The position numbers and the translations under genes are program-made. The notes under the pieces were generated by a model. It did no database searches and was not told the DNA's origin. It saw nothing but the letters and a program-made list of their open reading frames with translations. Of a stretch of 64,000 bases of DNA, positions 26,167 through 40,290 are shown piece by piece. The number at the start of each line of letters is the position of its first letter. The stretch's first letter is position 1. The DNA comes from Octopus sinensis (lineage: Eukaryota). The stretch lies in NCBI RefSeq assembly GCF_006345805.1, contig NC_043005.1, forward strand, positions 82,212,001-82,276,000, given 5' to 3'.

Positions 26167-26491
26167 CATAGCCATGTGTTGAGAGGGATTCTTTGGGGTT
26201 TGAATAATTCACCTCTGGAAACATGGGTGGTTCTTTCAACATCCTTAAACAACCCTTATTCAGAGACCTTTTGAGCGGGATGGGCTACTCAACCTGAAGA
26301 AAATTCTAACTGGGCCCCATCTGCAAGGTCATGTGCTGTTTATCTTGATATGAGATCACCATGTCGCGCACATATTGTTGTGATGCATGTGCCTGGTGTA
26401 CCTTTATCAGACGGGTAGTCATGATGGGTATATTGGGCTTCGTATATTTTACCCCTGTGTCACTTTGATGGCATGCACTGCTCTCTCACTC
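26167..26491 (+). mobile_element. ~325-bp repeat, copy 1, flanked by (AAT)n
   Basis: Near-identical to 26539-26868; ends ctctctcactc-(AAT)n. Confidence 0.75.
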
Positions 26492-26526
<35 letters not shown>

Positions 26527-26528
<2 letters not shown>

Positions 26529-26868
26529 GTGGGAGCATCATAGCCATGTGTTGAGAGGTGTTTTTTACGGTTTGAATAATTCACCTCTGGAAACATGGGT
26601 GTTTCGTCTGACTTCCTTAAACAACCCTTATTCAGGGACCTTTTGAGCGGGACGGGCTACTCGACCAGAAGTAAATTCTAACTGGGCCCCACCTGCAAGG
26701 TCATGTGGTGTTTATCTTGATATGAGATCACCATGTCGCGCACATATGGTTCTGATGCATGTGTTTAGTGTACTCTTATCAGACGGGTAGTCATGATGAA
26801 TATATCAGGCTTCGTATATTTTTACCCCAGTGTCACTTTGATAGCATACACGGCCCTCTCACTCACTC
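26527..26868 (+). mobile_element. ~340-bp repeat, copy 2, flanked by (AAT)n
   Basis: Diverged tandem copy of 26167-26491 with 12 extra 5' nt. Confidence 0.75.
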
Positions 26869-26908
<40 letters not shown>

Positions 26909-26927
26909 TTAACAGCAAGATAATAGT

Positions 26928-27126
26928 GTGTTTCAAATTTTGGCACAAGTTCAACAATGTTGTAAGTTGATTTCATCGACCCCAGTGTTCAACTGGTACT
27001 TATTTGATCGACCTCCGAAAGGATGAGAGACAAAGTCGACCTCGGTGGAGTTTGAACTTAGAACGTTAAGACGAATAAAATGTCGCTAAGTTATCAGGCG
27101 TTGTAAGTTTCTGCTAGCTCGCCAAT
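26928..27126 (-). mobile_element. SINE family B
   Basis: gtttcaaattttggcacaag...atcgaccccagtgttcaactggtacttattt...aaagtcgacctcgg..tttgaact. Confidence 0.85.
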
Positions 27127-27133
27127 TTTATAA

Positions 27134-27196
<63 letters not shown>

Positions 27197-27567
27197 ACTA
27201 CTTCTTTTATTCATACATCCTCGATATAAGACAGAAGGCGGTGGTTATTTACTTACACAGCAAATGCGTGCGCGTACGTGTATATATATGTGTGTGTGTG
27301 CGTGCACTTGCACGCGTATGCCATTTCTCACCATTGAAGGTGGCAGGTGCGAACTTGGTGGTATGGTTTATTGCATCAAAATCGATCGGAAAATACAAAT
27401 TTTGCTGTTTTATAATTAAAACAAATTACTTTACCGTTAAGTATTCTGCCTGTATATATATATATTTATATATATATTGTGTTTACAATGTGCATTCTCG
27501 TTGATTTTTCTTAGTTACCCTTACATTTCCACGTGTATTTTATATTTTCTTTTTGTAACATATTCTG

Positions 27568-27603
<36 letters not shown>

Positions 27604-27664
27604 CTAAGGCGAATACTGGTTTCCTCGATTAAAAATTACTATATTAGTACCATTATAGGTAAAG

Positions 27665-27716
<52 letters not shown>

Positions 27717-27720
27717 TGTG

Positions 27721-27755
<35 letters not shown>

Positions 27756-28254
27756 GTATTTCTGTGTGCGTGTGTATACATACACTCATATGTATGTATA
27801 TATGTTTGTGTGTGTGTAGTATATTTATAATTTTTAAAGAGAAAATAAATTGATTCAATATATAAAATCAAACGAAACAGCAACTAGGTTGTTTTTTTTA
27901 AACTTAAAAGAAAATAATAACATTTTATGTCTTTATAAAGGGATTTTATTATTTTATGAATTGCTACAATTACCTGCAAAAAATATATCATATTAACTCT
28001 TCAAAATTATGTCATGGCTTCATCGTGGTTTGTGTGAACGAGTTAATTATCACCGTGAAATTTTACCACAACATTTTAATCAAATACCTGTTTTGCAAAT
28101 CATACACAGAAATCTTGCATAAGTTTGATAAAGGTGATTTTTCTTTTTCTTCGGACTGATGTTATGCAGAAGCACTACCATGAGTGATTTACTTAAATGA
28201 CCCGCGTACTTCTATTTTTTAAAGTCTGGTATTTATCCTAAAATACTTTGGTTG

Positions 28255-28321
<67 letters not shown>

Positions 28322-28324
<3 letters not shown>

Positions 28325-29265
28325 TAGTTTTATTTTTATAGCGTGCTTTCACTTCACTACCGAGCGCAGCTCTGTGTGCCTTGGGTATGTGCTGTGATTT
28401 GATGTGATGCTCTGATGGTTATTGTATGGAAAGTGTTCTGCGTAGGATGTGTGCAGTGCCTAGTAGTGCAATATTCTGTATGTTATATGTGTTTGTAAGT
28501 CCTGGTGTTTTTGTTATGTATTTGTCTGAATATTTTTTTATCATGCCTAATGCACCTACTATGATAGGAATTGTTTCTGTTTTCAGATTCCACATTCTAG
28601 TTACCTCTATTTCGTTTCTCCATTTCTTTTAGAGACACGTTGTCATCTGCCGGTATTGATACATCAATTAGAAAGCGTTTTTTTTCTTCATGATCTCTGA
28701 CAACTATATCTGGTCTGTTGGCCTTAATTTCCCTATCTGTGTGTATCGGCATATCCCAGAGTATGGTTGCTTTCTCGTTTTCTGTGACCTTTTCTGGTGT
28801 GTGCCTATACCATCTTTTTTCTGTTGTTATTCTATAATGTTGGCATAGCTTCCAATGTATGTAGGTTCCAACTCTGTCATGTCTGTGAATATATTCCTTC
28901 TTAGCCAGGACTGGGCAGCTAGAGATAATATGATTTATTGTTTCTTGTCCATCTCCACATATTCTGCAGTTACTTGTAATATTTCTTTTCATTACATGTT
29001 TTTCGTAATTTCTGGTGGGGAGGCTTTGGTCTTGTGCTGCAATCAAAAATCCCTCTGTTTCTGCTTTGAGTCCTGAGCTTCTCAACCATTGCTGGGATTT
29101 TTCTTTGTCTATTTCTTTTGCGTTTAGTTTAGTGCACTATTTACCATGAAGGGGCTTTTCTTGCCATCGTTTTATCATGGTTCGTTGCTGTTCTATTTTT
29201 AGTTTGGATTTCATTTGTTTTATAGCTTTTGTTGTTTCTTCATCATCTTCTTCTTCTCACGGAGT
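28322..29265 (-). mobile_element. 5'-truncated R4/Dong-clade non-LTR retrotransposon (RLE type) ending in (TAA)n
   Basis: CCHC knuckle CRICGDGQETINHIISSC; PD-(D/E)xK region RPDIVV...LIDVSIP; C-terminal LGTAHILRRTL; stop at 28419-28421; ~97-nt 3' UTR; (TTA)n at 28257-28321; one in-frame stop and a deletion near 28615. Confidence 0.9.
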
Positions 29266-30384
29266 CTGATTTACTTACGAGAGAGCTTTAAATTTTCAGA
29301 GAAATATTGATTTCTAAATTTTGGTGGGAGGTCAGCAATTGTGGAGGGAACATCAGTGGAAGTACTTTTTCAAACAACAATGATGGTTGTGTGCCCAGAA
29401 TCAATATTGTGAATATAGGAATGCTATTCTAATTTATATCTATTGACGCTATTCCAATTTATATCTGAACCCGGAATCTCCAGAGAAAATAGGAGAGCAG
29501 GAACATTCCTATCTTTTGACAAGAACGGGTAAATATGGTGAATACATTCTTTTGAATGTCTAGTAATTGATTATGACATAAGCTGGGAGTTAGAGACACC
29601 AGATAATCAAGTGCCTCGAAATGGCGGAATCCTCTTAGTGAACAGGCGGACAAATTTCAAAATTTATGTATGTATGCCTGGAATAAAATTACATACGCAT
29701 GTGGATTTTTTTCTACTGTATATTCCAGCACAGGATACGAAATTGTCAGAGAAACTGTGGCTCTCCTTAACATTACGACCATTATAAGTCTATGATTTTT
29801 ACATATACTGGGGAATTATTGATAGATTGGAGAAATGAAATGCGTAGTTATATTTTCTGAAGAATCTACATCGGATGGCCAATGAATTAACACATTTTCC
29901 CTTCTTCGGTGACGTGCTTCTAAGAATCTTCACATAAACACCAATTTCATTTTTATTGCTTCTCATTTCTCACTAACGTTTCATTTCTTTACGTGTTTCC
30001 CATACGTAGCTCTAACAGAATTAAAGGACAAATAGCCTTTATTCGTTCCCATTTGAATATTTACTCTGATATGTAGGATTCACTAATGCTTAAAAAGATG
30101 AAAGCAAACGTTTCAAATTGCTTTGAGACACAAGCGCATAAGTTTCGCATGATCTTATGAAAGAAGGATTAAGTTCTAATAATGGCATATTTGACTAGAC
30201 ACATGGGTAACATATGAAGTCGAGAATGTGTAGTATCTTGCATCATGTGTTTATGTTTCAGTGGAAAGATGAAAGACAAATCCGTTACTGGATGAATTTC
30301 AATTCAGATATTATTGCGAGATTAATATTATATTAATTTTCCCCCCAGCCTATCATCAATTCATCGAACAGTTAGTTTGATAGG

Positions 30385-30415
30385 CCTATTGTTGTTGTTG
30401 TTGTTATTATTATTA

Positions 30416-30471
<56 letters not shown>

Positions 30472-30514
30472 TATTTATTTTTTATTATTATTATTATTTT
30501 TATTTTTATTATTA

Positions 30515-30555
<41 letters not shown>

Positions 30556-30610
30556 TATTATTATTACTATGTTTATTATTATTTTATTATTATTATTATT
30601 TTTATTTTTA

Positions 30611-30650
<40 letters not shown>
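30385..30650. repeat. (TTA)n microsatellite
   Basis: Direct reading. Confidence 0.95.
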
Positions 30651-31619
30651 GTGTGCAAATGTCTAAATACAAGAAGCGAAATATATTGCATATTATCAAA
30701 TGAATATGGCTAATATTAAATCAAGTTTTATCCTATTTAATACACGATATATTTTCTGAATAAAATATGAATGCTTTCTTATGCTGCAGACTTCGTAAGA
30801 GAATGAAAGATGTTAGTATATATACTAAAATGTTGGGGATATAATCCTATATTCTTATAAATATATGCATGCATATGTACTCCTTCTATGTGAATAGATA
30901 TTTGAATGATGCAAGATGAATGCTGATGATATGTAAATGCAAATACATATTATAATAATACTTACAAATAATATACACTTCGAAGCTATATCTTCCAAAC
31001 ATGATATCTTATATGAAGGTAATTGTAATTCTTCATTCTTTTTTATCTCGTCTGAAAAGAAGAAATAAAATAATATTGATTTCTTTAGCAACGTGCTTCA
31101 TATCTAAATTTATCAGCAAAAAATACTAAACGAAGAAAAAATATTCTCCATTTGTAATGTATGATAACGATGCTATTATACCAGTATGCGGTATATTGTT
31201 TCTATAAATATATAAGAATTTATGTAATCTTGATATAGAAAAGATAAAAAAATAAAAGAAACATTTACTCATCATAGTGAGACGCAAGTTCTTCGTTCAA
31301 GCGCTTTCCTATTTGTAGTAATAAACAAGAATTTTTTCTCATAACGTTTTTTTCTATTATAAAATTTGCATATAACAAATTTTGATCTTTTTATTCTTTG
31401 ATCTGTCCGTGTAAATTGTCTCATAAGCAATGCACAATAACAAAACGGTAATGAAAATCAATATAGTACTTTAGAACAATGTATGTTTTGTTTTAAATTT
31501 TCAAAAATACTCTCTTCGGAAGTAATGTGTTAAAAAAAACTGATTTCAAATGATCTTGTATACATACATAAGCCTAAATATATATCCATACATACATATA
31601 TTGTACATGTGTATGTATG

Positions 31620-31632
31620 TACACGTATATAT

Positions 31633-31670
<38 letters not shown>

Positions 31671-31894
31671 GGACATATATATATGTATATATATATGTAT
31701 ATATATGTATGTATATATATGTATATATATATATGTATATATATGTATATATATGTATGTATATATATATGATATATATATGTATATATATATATATGTA
31801 TATATATATGTATGTAATATATATGTATATATATATATGGACATATATATATGTATATATATATATGTATATATATATATTATATATATATATG

Positions 31895-31963
<69 letters not shown>

Positions 31964-31992
31964 GTTATATATATATATATACATACACACAT

Positions 31993-32024
<32 letters not shown>

Positions 32025-32045
32025 CCATATATATATATATATATA

Positions 32046-32086
<41 letters not shown>

Positions 32087-32112
32087 TATATATATTATAT
32101 ATATATATATGC

Positions 32113-32149
<37 letters not shown>

Positions 32150-32190
32150 ATATATATATATTATATATATACATATATATATATATTCTG
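31620..32190. repeat. (TA)n microsatellite
   Basis: Direct reading. Confidence 0.95.
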
Positions 32191-33344
32191 ACATACGTAT
32201 TTATTCATAGAATAATATTAAAAATCTCCTCGATCAAAACTAAATTGCAGATGTAAAATGGAAATATATCGGCGAATAATAACGAGAGGCCTACCAGCCT
32301 ACATACATACGTAACTACCCACCGATCTACACACACATACACACGCGTACACACACACACGCCCACGCATACAGAAGCACACACATATATAAATAAGTAT
32401 GTTCATTTTATTCTTCAATATTCATGAATATTGTTCAGTTTATTATGTTCTAGCTTTGAGGTGATTCTTATTTTCTGCTTCTGCTTTTCTGCATATCCCG
32501 TAAACTTGCAAACCAGTGCTATGGTATTCTTCTACACCCGTCTTTGCATTTCCCATGTGCATATACATATTCTGGTGTATTCTGTAGAAGGACATTTTGG
32601 ATATTTCAAAGCTAAGGAACTTAGTTGTGTTTTATATATTTTTTTCATTTCATTTGCCACCATTTCTGAGATTTATCGTTACCTTTTTCACGTGCATACT
32701 TAGGTTATTTGAATATATTTTATGAAATCTTTGCATTCTTTACTTCAGGTTTTTGCGATTTCGCTTTTATTTTCTTTAAATGAGTGCATCGTGAGAAATA
32801 TTTACACTATTGTACAAAACACTGTACTCTGTTCAGCGTATTCGATTAGCTGTGGTCTATGACTGTGCTCAGAGCATAAGGTACTCGAATAGTTTGCTGT
32901 TTGGATTTAGCGGCTGTAATTTAGCATGTGCAGATGTTATTTTAGGGGAAATCTCACCCACGTTGAAGTGCTGGCTGTACTTTGTGAATCTGTAATAAAA
33001 ATACAGAAAGAACTTAGTAACGCATGTCTCATTGCCCTGTAGTTTACTTGGAATGGTGAGGCTGTGATCTGATCATACAATACGTTCAGTATTGTCACTA
33101 GGAATAAAATCTTGCAACTCTTTTGAATTCCTAAATTAATGATTGTTTTGGGAATTACATCTGCCGACAAATCATTCTCCGTACGTAACGTATGTGTCCA
33201 TAGCTAGAGCAGTTAATATTTTGTTGCTGTTAAAGAAGTTATTCGGATTCAATGTGGGGCTCATATGCTGTCGATCGAATATATCTTCGTCCTTTCAAAG
33301 GTTGTTTTAAGACTTAACCCAAGAAAGGTAGCTGTGAATCGGCT

Positions 33345-33836
33345 GAATCCATTATATGTTCCATAGACGTATGAGATGGCTTGGAAATGTTAGCCGTATG
33401 GAAGATGGCAGAATACCCAAGGACATACTGTACGGAGAGCTTGCTAGGGGCACTATGTCCGTGGGAAGACCGGTCTTACGATACAAGGATGTTTGCAAAA
33501 GGGACCTGAATGCCTGCGACATCAATATTAGCAACTGGGAAGCAGTTGCCAGCAACCGTGGACATGGTGACGTACCGTAAAAGAGGGAACACAAAGGAAT
33601 GACATAAAGAGAGAGGAGAAATGGAAAGACAAGAAAAGACGTCAACAAGAAACTATGACGTTGCAACCAGCCAGGCAAAGTCTTCGCTACATTCGCGGCA
33701 CCTGCTATACGGAGTGTTTGTCCAGGATAGGACTACACAGTCACAGCAGGAGATGTATTAGGGCATGAAATGTAAAAGCCGGAATAGATTACTTCATGTG
33801 CAACTCCGTTGTCTCCCGAGACAAGGATGCCAACAA
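33345..33836 (+). mobile_element. RTE-clade LINE 3' end (5'-truncated)
   Basis: RRMRWLGNVSRMEDGRIPKDILYGEL..G...VGRPVLRYKDVCKRDL and terminal SRIGLHSHSRRC; short 3' UTR ending gagacaaggatgcc. Confidence 0.85.
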
Positions 33837-34624
33837 TTCTTTCGAGCGTAACACAGAATAGATTCCTAACATCTATCCAAATTTTAGAATTCATTAGGCT
33901 CATAGATGAATTTCCTCAGTTAAAATTTTTCAAGTGTCATTCTAATCATGAGACAAATAATAACTTCAAATTCTTGGAAGATTAATGCAACATACATGTT
34001 ATCATATGTTTATTCTTTTTTGCTATCATCGACCATCATTTTGATAAGAATTAATCTAAAACACGTTAATGCAATTTGTGATAATCTAAGTAAAGTAAAA
34101 GGATGCGATACTTACATCCGGAATTATTCCGCTATGCATAAATTACATCTTTTGTGATCAATGACATCATAAAACGCATATTAATGAAACACATTTACAT
34201 TTTCGAGAAATTTAATTAGTGAGCTTAATATACTTAATATACAATATTTGATCATAGTGACAGAAGGAACAACTCAAGTAAATATTGCTTGCACAATCAC
34301 CAAGCAGGAAAATTTTGTTCAAGTGTGCAAGCGTTAGTAGTCTCAAGACGCATCCGATTTTACAGGCATGTCGAATTTTCAGGTTTATGGCTAACATTCT
34401 AATTCAAGAAGAGAACTCAAACGGAACGGAAACAGTAAGACACGTTTCAAAGACATATGTGACAATTTGAATTCCCTCCATGCACAGATTATATTATAGT
34501 GCTTTGGCGCTTGATCTTTCGCGAGGGCCCAAATTGAATCTCGTAATTTCAGTTTTATATGAAACGGTCTCCACCGTTTTCAAAGCTAAATCTTATCGGA
34601 TATTAGTGGGATTATAGCGTTTAG

Positions 34625-34705
34625 TGGGATTATAGCGGCTATAGGTGAAGGCACTTACCCAAGGTGCCATGCGGTTGGACTGAATCTGCAATTATGTGGT
34701 TAGGA
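34625..34705 (-). mobile_element. SINE family A 5' fragment
   Basis: ggctataggtgaaggcacttacccaaggtgccatgcggttggactgaa...atgtggtt. Confidence 0.6.
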
Positions 34706-34711
34706 AACACC

Positions 34712-34749
<38 letters not shown>

Positions 34750-34843
34750 ATAATATATGTTTATATTCATATATGTACGTATATGATAGATTATACATAT
34801 ATTTATTTACACACACACACATATATATATGTATGTGTGTGTA

Positions 34844-36134
34844 CGAGGGGCGTTCAATAAGTAATGCCCCTGACCCACTTCCCATAGCAGTAGAGCAACG
34901 AAACTTGGCACAGTTATTAGTCTTTTTCTACATAGGAACCGCTCAGAGTTACACATTTCTCTCATCGTTTGATGCAACTCTGGAGACCGTTTTTGTAGAA
35001 GACCCCAGCTTGGTCCTCCAACCACGACGTGACTTCAGAATTCAAGGCTGCATCATCTGGGAAACGCTTTCCTTTCAAAAACAACTTCATGGCTAGGAAG
35101 AGGTGAAAATTAGAGGGGGCAAGGTCAGGAGAGTAGGGGGATGGGGGAGGAGTTCATAGCCGCACTCCTGTGCTTCTGGTCTGGCGACACGCGAGTTGTA
35201 GACCGAAGCGTTGTCCTGCAGGAGGAGGTTGCCTTTGCTGATCTTGCCCCGCCTCTTGATTTTGATAGCTTCCCTTAATTTCCTCAAAAGTGAAGCATAA
35301 TAGGCTCCTGTAATTGTGGCACCCTTTGCCAGGAAATCTGTCATCACTACTCCGTCCTGGTCCCAGAAGACTGTGAGCATGACCTTGCCAGCGGAGGGCT
35401 GCACCCTTGCCTTCTTTGGAGGAGGTGAGTCACGGAGCTTCCACTGCATTGACTGGGCTTTGGTCTCTGGATCATAGTGATGGACCCAGGTTTCCTCCTG
35501 TGTAATCAGTCTTTTGAAAAATTCTGACCCATCTTCTTGGTACATCTCCAAATTCATCCTCGAGCACTCGACGCGTTCTTGCTTCTGGAAAGGTGTGAGC
35601 AACCTGGGAATCCATCTGGCAGACACCTTTTGCATATGCAAATGGTCATGAATGATAGTTTCCACAGACCCGGTACTAAACTTGACCTCATGGGCTATTT
35701 GGCGAATAATTATGCGTCGATCTTCCAAAATGGCAGCCTCAACTTGACGGATAGATGCCTCATCAATGGCAGAAGGGGGCGACCAGATCTGAGAGCTGTT
35801 TCCACAGAGTTCCAACCATGTTTGAATTCACGATGCCAGCGTTTTACAAGGTCATATGATGGGGCACCATCACCTCAAGTTACTTTCATTTCATCAAAAG
35901 TCTCCCGTGGTGTGCGTCCTTTCAAATACAAAAACCGGATCACTGCTCAACACTCAACAGGCTCCATTTCACACTTGACTCAGTTCAAACACCTGTATAT
36001 CAGGAACCACAATTAGCTCAGAGCTGTAATTTGCCACTTAATCCTTAGAGATATAAATAATTGCACATGTAAATTTTCAGCTAGATCAAGCAACTGCAAG
36101 TGGGTCAGAGGCATTAATTATTGAACGCCCCTCG
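34844..36134 (-). mobile_element. Full-length mariner DNA transposon (1291 bp), TA TSD
   Basis: TIR cgaggggcgttcaataa(g/t)taatgcc(c/t)ctgacccactt at both ends; TA at 34842-34843 and 36135-36136. Confidence 0.95.
34917..35967 (-). pseudogene. Mariner DD34D transposase pseudogene
   Basis: Starts MEPVE; motifs VSARWIPRLL, ITQEETWVHHYDPETK, LLQDNA, (PY)SPDLAPSNFHLF; stops and frameshifts. Confidence 0.92.
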
Positions 36135-36522
36135 TATGTGTTTTCGTGTGTGCATCTGTAAGCTTACTTTGCCAGCTCTAAACCTGATTTGATTAAGCTT
36201 ATATGTGTTTGTTAACTAACGAAAATCTCTAATAATTTTCTTCCGATCACACTGAACAAGCAACCGAACCTATTGGCTAATCTATGTGTAAAGTATATCA
36301 CTATATACCTACGAATATGCGAGGAAGAGAGATATAGAAAGAGGGAGAAAATGAGAGAGAGGGAGATAGAGAGGGAGAGAGAAATAGAAGAGAAAGAGAG
36401 ATTTGTTTTAAGAAATAAAGTTTGAACAAACTTCGCAAAAAGTCATGTGTATTGTGTGCAATTATTTTAATGCATACATACACGCATAGGGATACACACA
36501 CACACACACCACACACACACAC

Positions 36523-36594
<72 letters not shown>

Positions 36595-36748
36595 AGAAGG
36601 TTTGGAGATGATGTATTTTATATTAGAAGAAATAAGGTACTCAGAAGACTGGAGGGTTTTTATTTACAGATATTTATTAATATGTCACATCATATATTAG
36701 CGCTTGCGTCCATTCTAGTGGAGTCATATACGTATACATGCATACATA

Positions 36749-36789
<41 letters not shown>

Positions 36790-37209
36790 CAGTTAGATAC
36801 ATGTATATAGTTAGGTATATTCACATAAAGGTATATAAATACATATACATAAAACATATATGCATATATAATTCACACTATACTGCATATGCTACGTAAA
36901 ACCTATGTGCTGCCGTATGACCTTCAAACTGAAGAAGAGCGTAGTTTATCAGAATCAATTTAAAGAATAACATCGAACTCTAGTGCATACAATGCAACTG
37001 TTCCACACTCACAGAAACACATGTTCTAACGCTGACTGCAAATGTTTGCTGCTACTATCGATGAAGACGACCACTTTGAAAAACATAATGTAAAAAAGAT
37101 ATTGATATCGATTTTACTCTATCTGAATTGTATCGAACTATAATAAGTTAGAGGCAACTGCGAAAATTAATCGAATTTGTGTCCATGATTTTTTATGACT
37201 TCTCTCATA

Positions 37210-37382
37210 TACTGGAGATGTATGTATATATATATATATGCATATATATGCATGTATATGGATATATGTTATATATATATATACACATACATATATATAT
37301 ATGCAAATATATGTATGTATATGGATATATGTTATATATATATATGGATATATGTTATATATATATATATGCATATATATGC

Positions 37383-37418
<36 letters not shown>

Positions 37419-37586
37419 GCATTTATATATGCATATTTGCACACACACAAACACATATATATATATGCATATTTATATATATATATATTTGTATATTCAC
37501 ATTATCGCCAAATATTCACATATATCAATTCGCATATAGACATATATATGGATATATGCATTTATATATACATATATATGAATATT

Positions 37587-37640
<54 letters not shown>
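37210..37640. repeat. (TA)n-rich compound microsatellite
   Basis: Direct reading; recurring tatggatatatgttata subunit. Confidence 0.9.
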
Positions 37641-38714
37641 ACAGCATATACACCAGTAACAACGTATTTATTATACCAATAAATCGATATGGGATCAATA
37701 TTAGAATTTGTTGAAGTGTACAAGTGCTAGCGACATTACATACTAAACGGTGAAGAAAATCGAGCTTAAGTAGGAAGGAAAGAGAGATAAAACGTTTTGA
37801 ACAGATTGCGAACCGCACAAATAAAAATTACTATTTTTCCTCCCTCTTCGCTATTGTTCTCTTATGGAAGTCTCGGTGTAGTCTCTAACCCACCTCTCTT
37901 TTAGTACCACCCGTTAGTCAAGTGTATTTTGAAGTGTTTATCATTTTTAATGCTTTTTTTGTTTTTTTGTTTTTTTTTATATTTTAGTCTCCACAGTTTG
38001 TAAATTTCTTCGATTCACATTGATCAATATATTTGTGAGCTTAAATAAAATATTGCAGTATTGGAATTACATTGATGATCCATTATATGAAAAGCGGGTT
38101 TAAAAAGAAACAAAAAAAAATTAAATAAATGACATAACAAAAAGTAAACTAACAAATCATGGCAACCTAATACGCGTTCGTTTCTCTATGATCTGCCTTA
38201 TTGATTGCATACAGACTTTTTTTCAATTCCTAATAATACATAGATAATAAAATTGTAATATATCACAATGTTTGTGTGAAGTAGACAACCTTGCCTATAT
38301 ACATTCACAATTACTTCTCCTTATGTCATAGAATTATTGATTAAAAAGTATCTATTGCTGTGGTTGCGGCTCGTTTTATTTTCTAGTTGAATATCTGACA
38401 ATTCGTAGTTAATAAGCTGAAGTGCTGCTATATGATCTGTAAAAACAAAATCTCATGTCCTAGACTTTAGGCATTCTTTTGCTTGTCATTTTATTAGTCT
38501 CTCATTCATCTCTCTCTCCTTCTCCCTCTGTACGCTTCCTTTCTCTTCTCCTCCTCTCTCCCTTCCTCCCTTTACTCTATTCCTCCCCCCTCTCTCCTAC
38601 TCTTTCTCCGTGCTTTTTCCCAGTATGACTAGGAGGCCTCTACAGAAGCAAATATCTGAAACGTGTATGACATCCATTCATCCATCTATCCCTTCATCTA
38701 CCGATCCGTTTATC

Positions 38715-38740
38715 CATTTATCTATCTATCTATATATCTG

Positions 38741-38804
<64 letters not shown>

Positions 38805-38863
38805 CCAAGCTACCTACCTATATGTCTGTCTGTCTAACTGTCTCTTTACCTATCCATCCATCC

Positions 38864-38943
<80 letters not shown>

Positions 38944-38945
38944 CT
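38715..38945. repeat. Two (TCTA)n tracts
   Basis: Direct reading. Confidence 0.95.
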
Positions 38946-39063
38946 GTCTGTCTGTCTATACACACACACGCACACACATAAATATATATCTATATATATA
39001 TATAAATAGTATGTATTCATAGATAGATATTTAGCTATGTATGTATACATATATGCATGCACA

Positions 39064-39099
<36 letters not shown>

Positions 39100-40025
39100 G
39101 ACACTCACATACACTTACACTCACACTCACACACACACATATTTATAGTAAAATGCATCTTCTGATAATTATATTATAAAACCAACGCCAATGTACACAT
39201 AACTAACTTAAAGCAATTAAACGCTCGTTAAGATTTTCAGCTTCAATATTCTTTGCATTTCATATCATGAATGATGACCTAAAACCATTTCAGGAATTTT
39301 TTTCACATTTTTAATATTGATTCCCTTTCAGTATACGCTAAGTCAATTTTCTCCGGAGATAAACATAGATAATTAAATTAACTTGCAAAATACATTAATG
39401 TTATTTTCTTTGAGCAAACTTCAAGTTAAAGTCCGTATGGTTTTTTTTACGTGCGTGCAATCTAAGTTATATTTGTTTACAGTTATGCGGTCGGTCATAT
39501 ATCCATTTCATAAATCGAAGAAATCTTTAATCAGTTTCGTAGGATCTCTTCAGACTTCATGCAACTCTTCAGAAGTTAGTACACAAAAGTAAATATGCGA
39601 GAAATGACTGTAACTGATCTTGAGATTATTCTTTTTTCAACCCCAGGCCAGCTCTGCTCGTGTAGACTCATGATGAATGCGATCTAAAGATAACATCCGC
39701 AGGTTATTTTCAGAATAATATGCATCGAGAAGTATATTAACCAATATCTCTCTCCTTCTCTTACATATAACCATGTATGTGTGAGGAGAGGTTAGCTGAT
39801 ATTTCTACGATATTATTTGACTCTGTAGAGAATCTTACGTTGCCATGTGTAAATACAAGCAACAGCTTCTCAATGTATTTCGATTGCTGAATTCAGAGAT
39901 AAGATACAGTTGTTAGGTTCGTATAGATTCCGGCAAGTTTATAATATTTATGGGAACAAAAGACTGCGAGGTATTTCTTTCAAAAATACTTGAAGGAAAG
40001 GGAGAGCCTATTAATAATTCTTTTT

Positions 40026-40290
40026 AATTTTGGCAAAAGGGCAGCAACATTGAGGGACTGGAAAGTCGCCGGCATTGATCCCAGTATTTCACTGGTACCT
40101 TATTTTATCGACTCCGAAACGAAGGGCAAAATTGACTTTAGCAGTATTTGAACTCTCAGTATGAATTTTTAACGGTTTCAAATTTTGGCACTGTGCAAGC
40201 AAGTTTGGAGGAGGAGGTAAGACGATTATATCGAGCCCAGTGCTTAACTGATACTTATTTTATGACCCTGAAATGATGAAAGACAAACTC
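40026..40290 (-). mobile_element. Two adjacent partial SINE family B copies (40026-40160, 40174-40290)
   Basis: actggtaccttattttatcgactccgaaac..gggcaaaattgac; ggtttcaaattttggcac..tatcgagcccagtg. Confidence 0.75.

Noticed and set aside
32416-32433. Perfect 18-bp palindrome caatattcatgaatattg
   Set aside because: Short and AT-rich; plausible by chance in 64 kb of such DNA.
32430-33300. Non-repetitive stretch with several 60-90 aa ORFs and a ttcag acceptor at 32748
   Set aside because: All frames are interrupted and there is no recognisable domain; splicing to the 23130 donor hits a stop after 37 codons.
35537-36016. 159-aa + strand ORF
   Set aside because: Antisense shadow of the mariner transposase.
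39520-39575. Two CTGAAGAG motifs and a GAAAC on the minus strand
   Set aside because: Stems II and III cannot be paired and there is no valid cleavage triplet.
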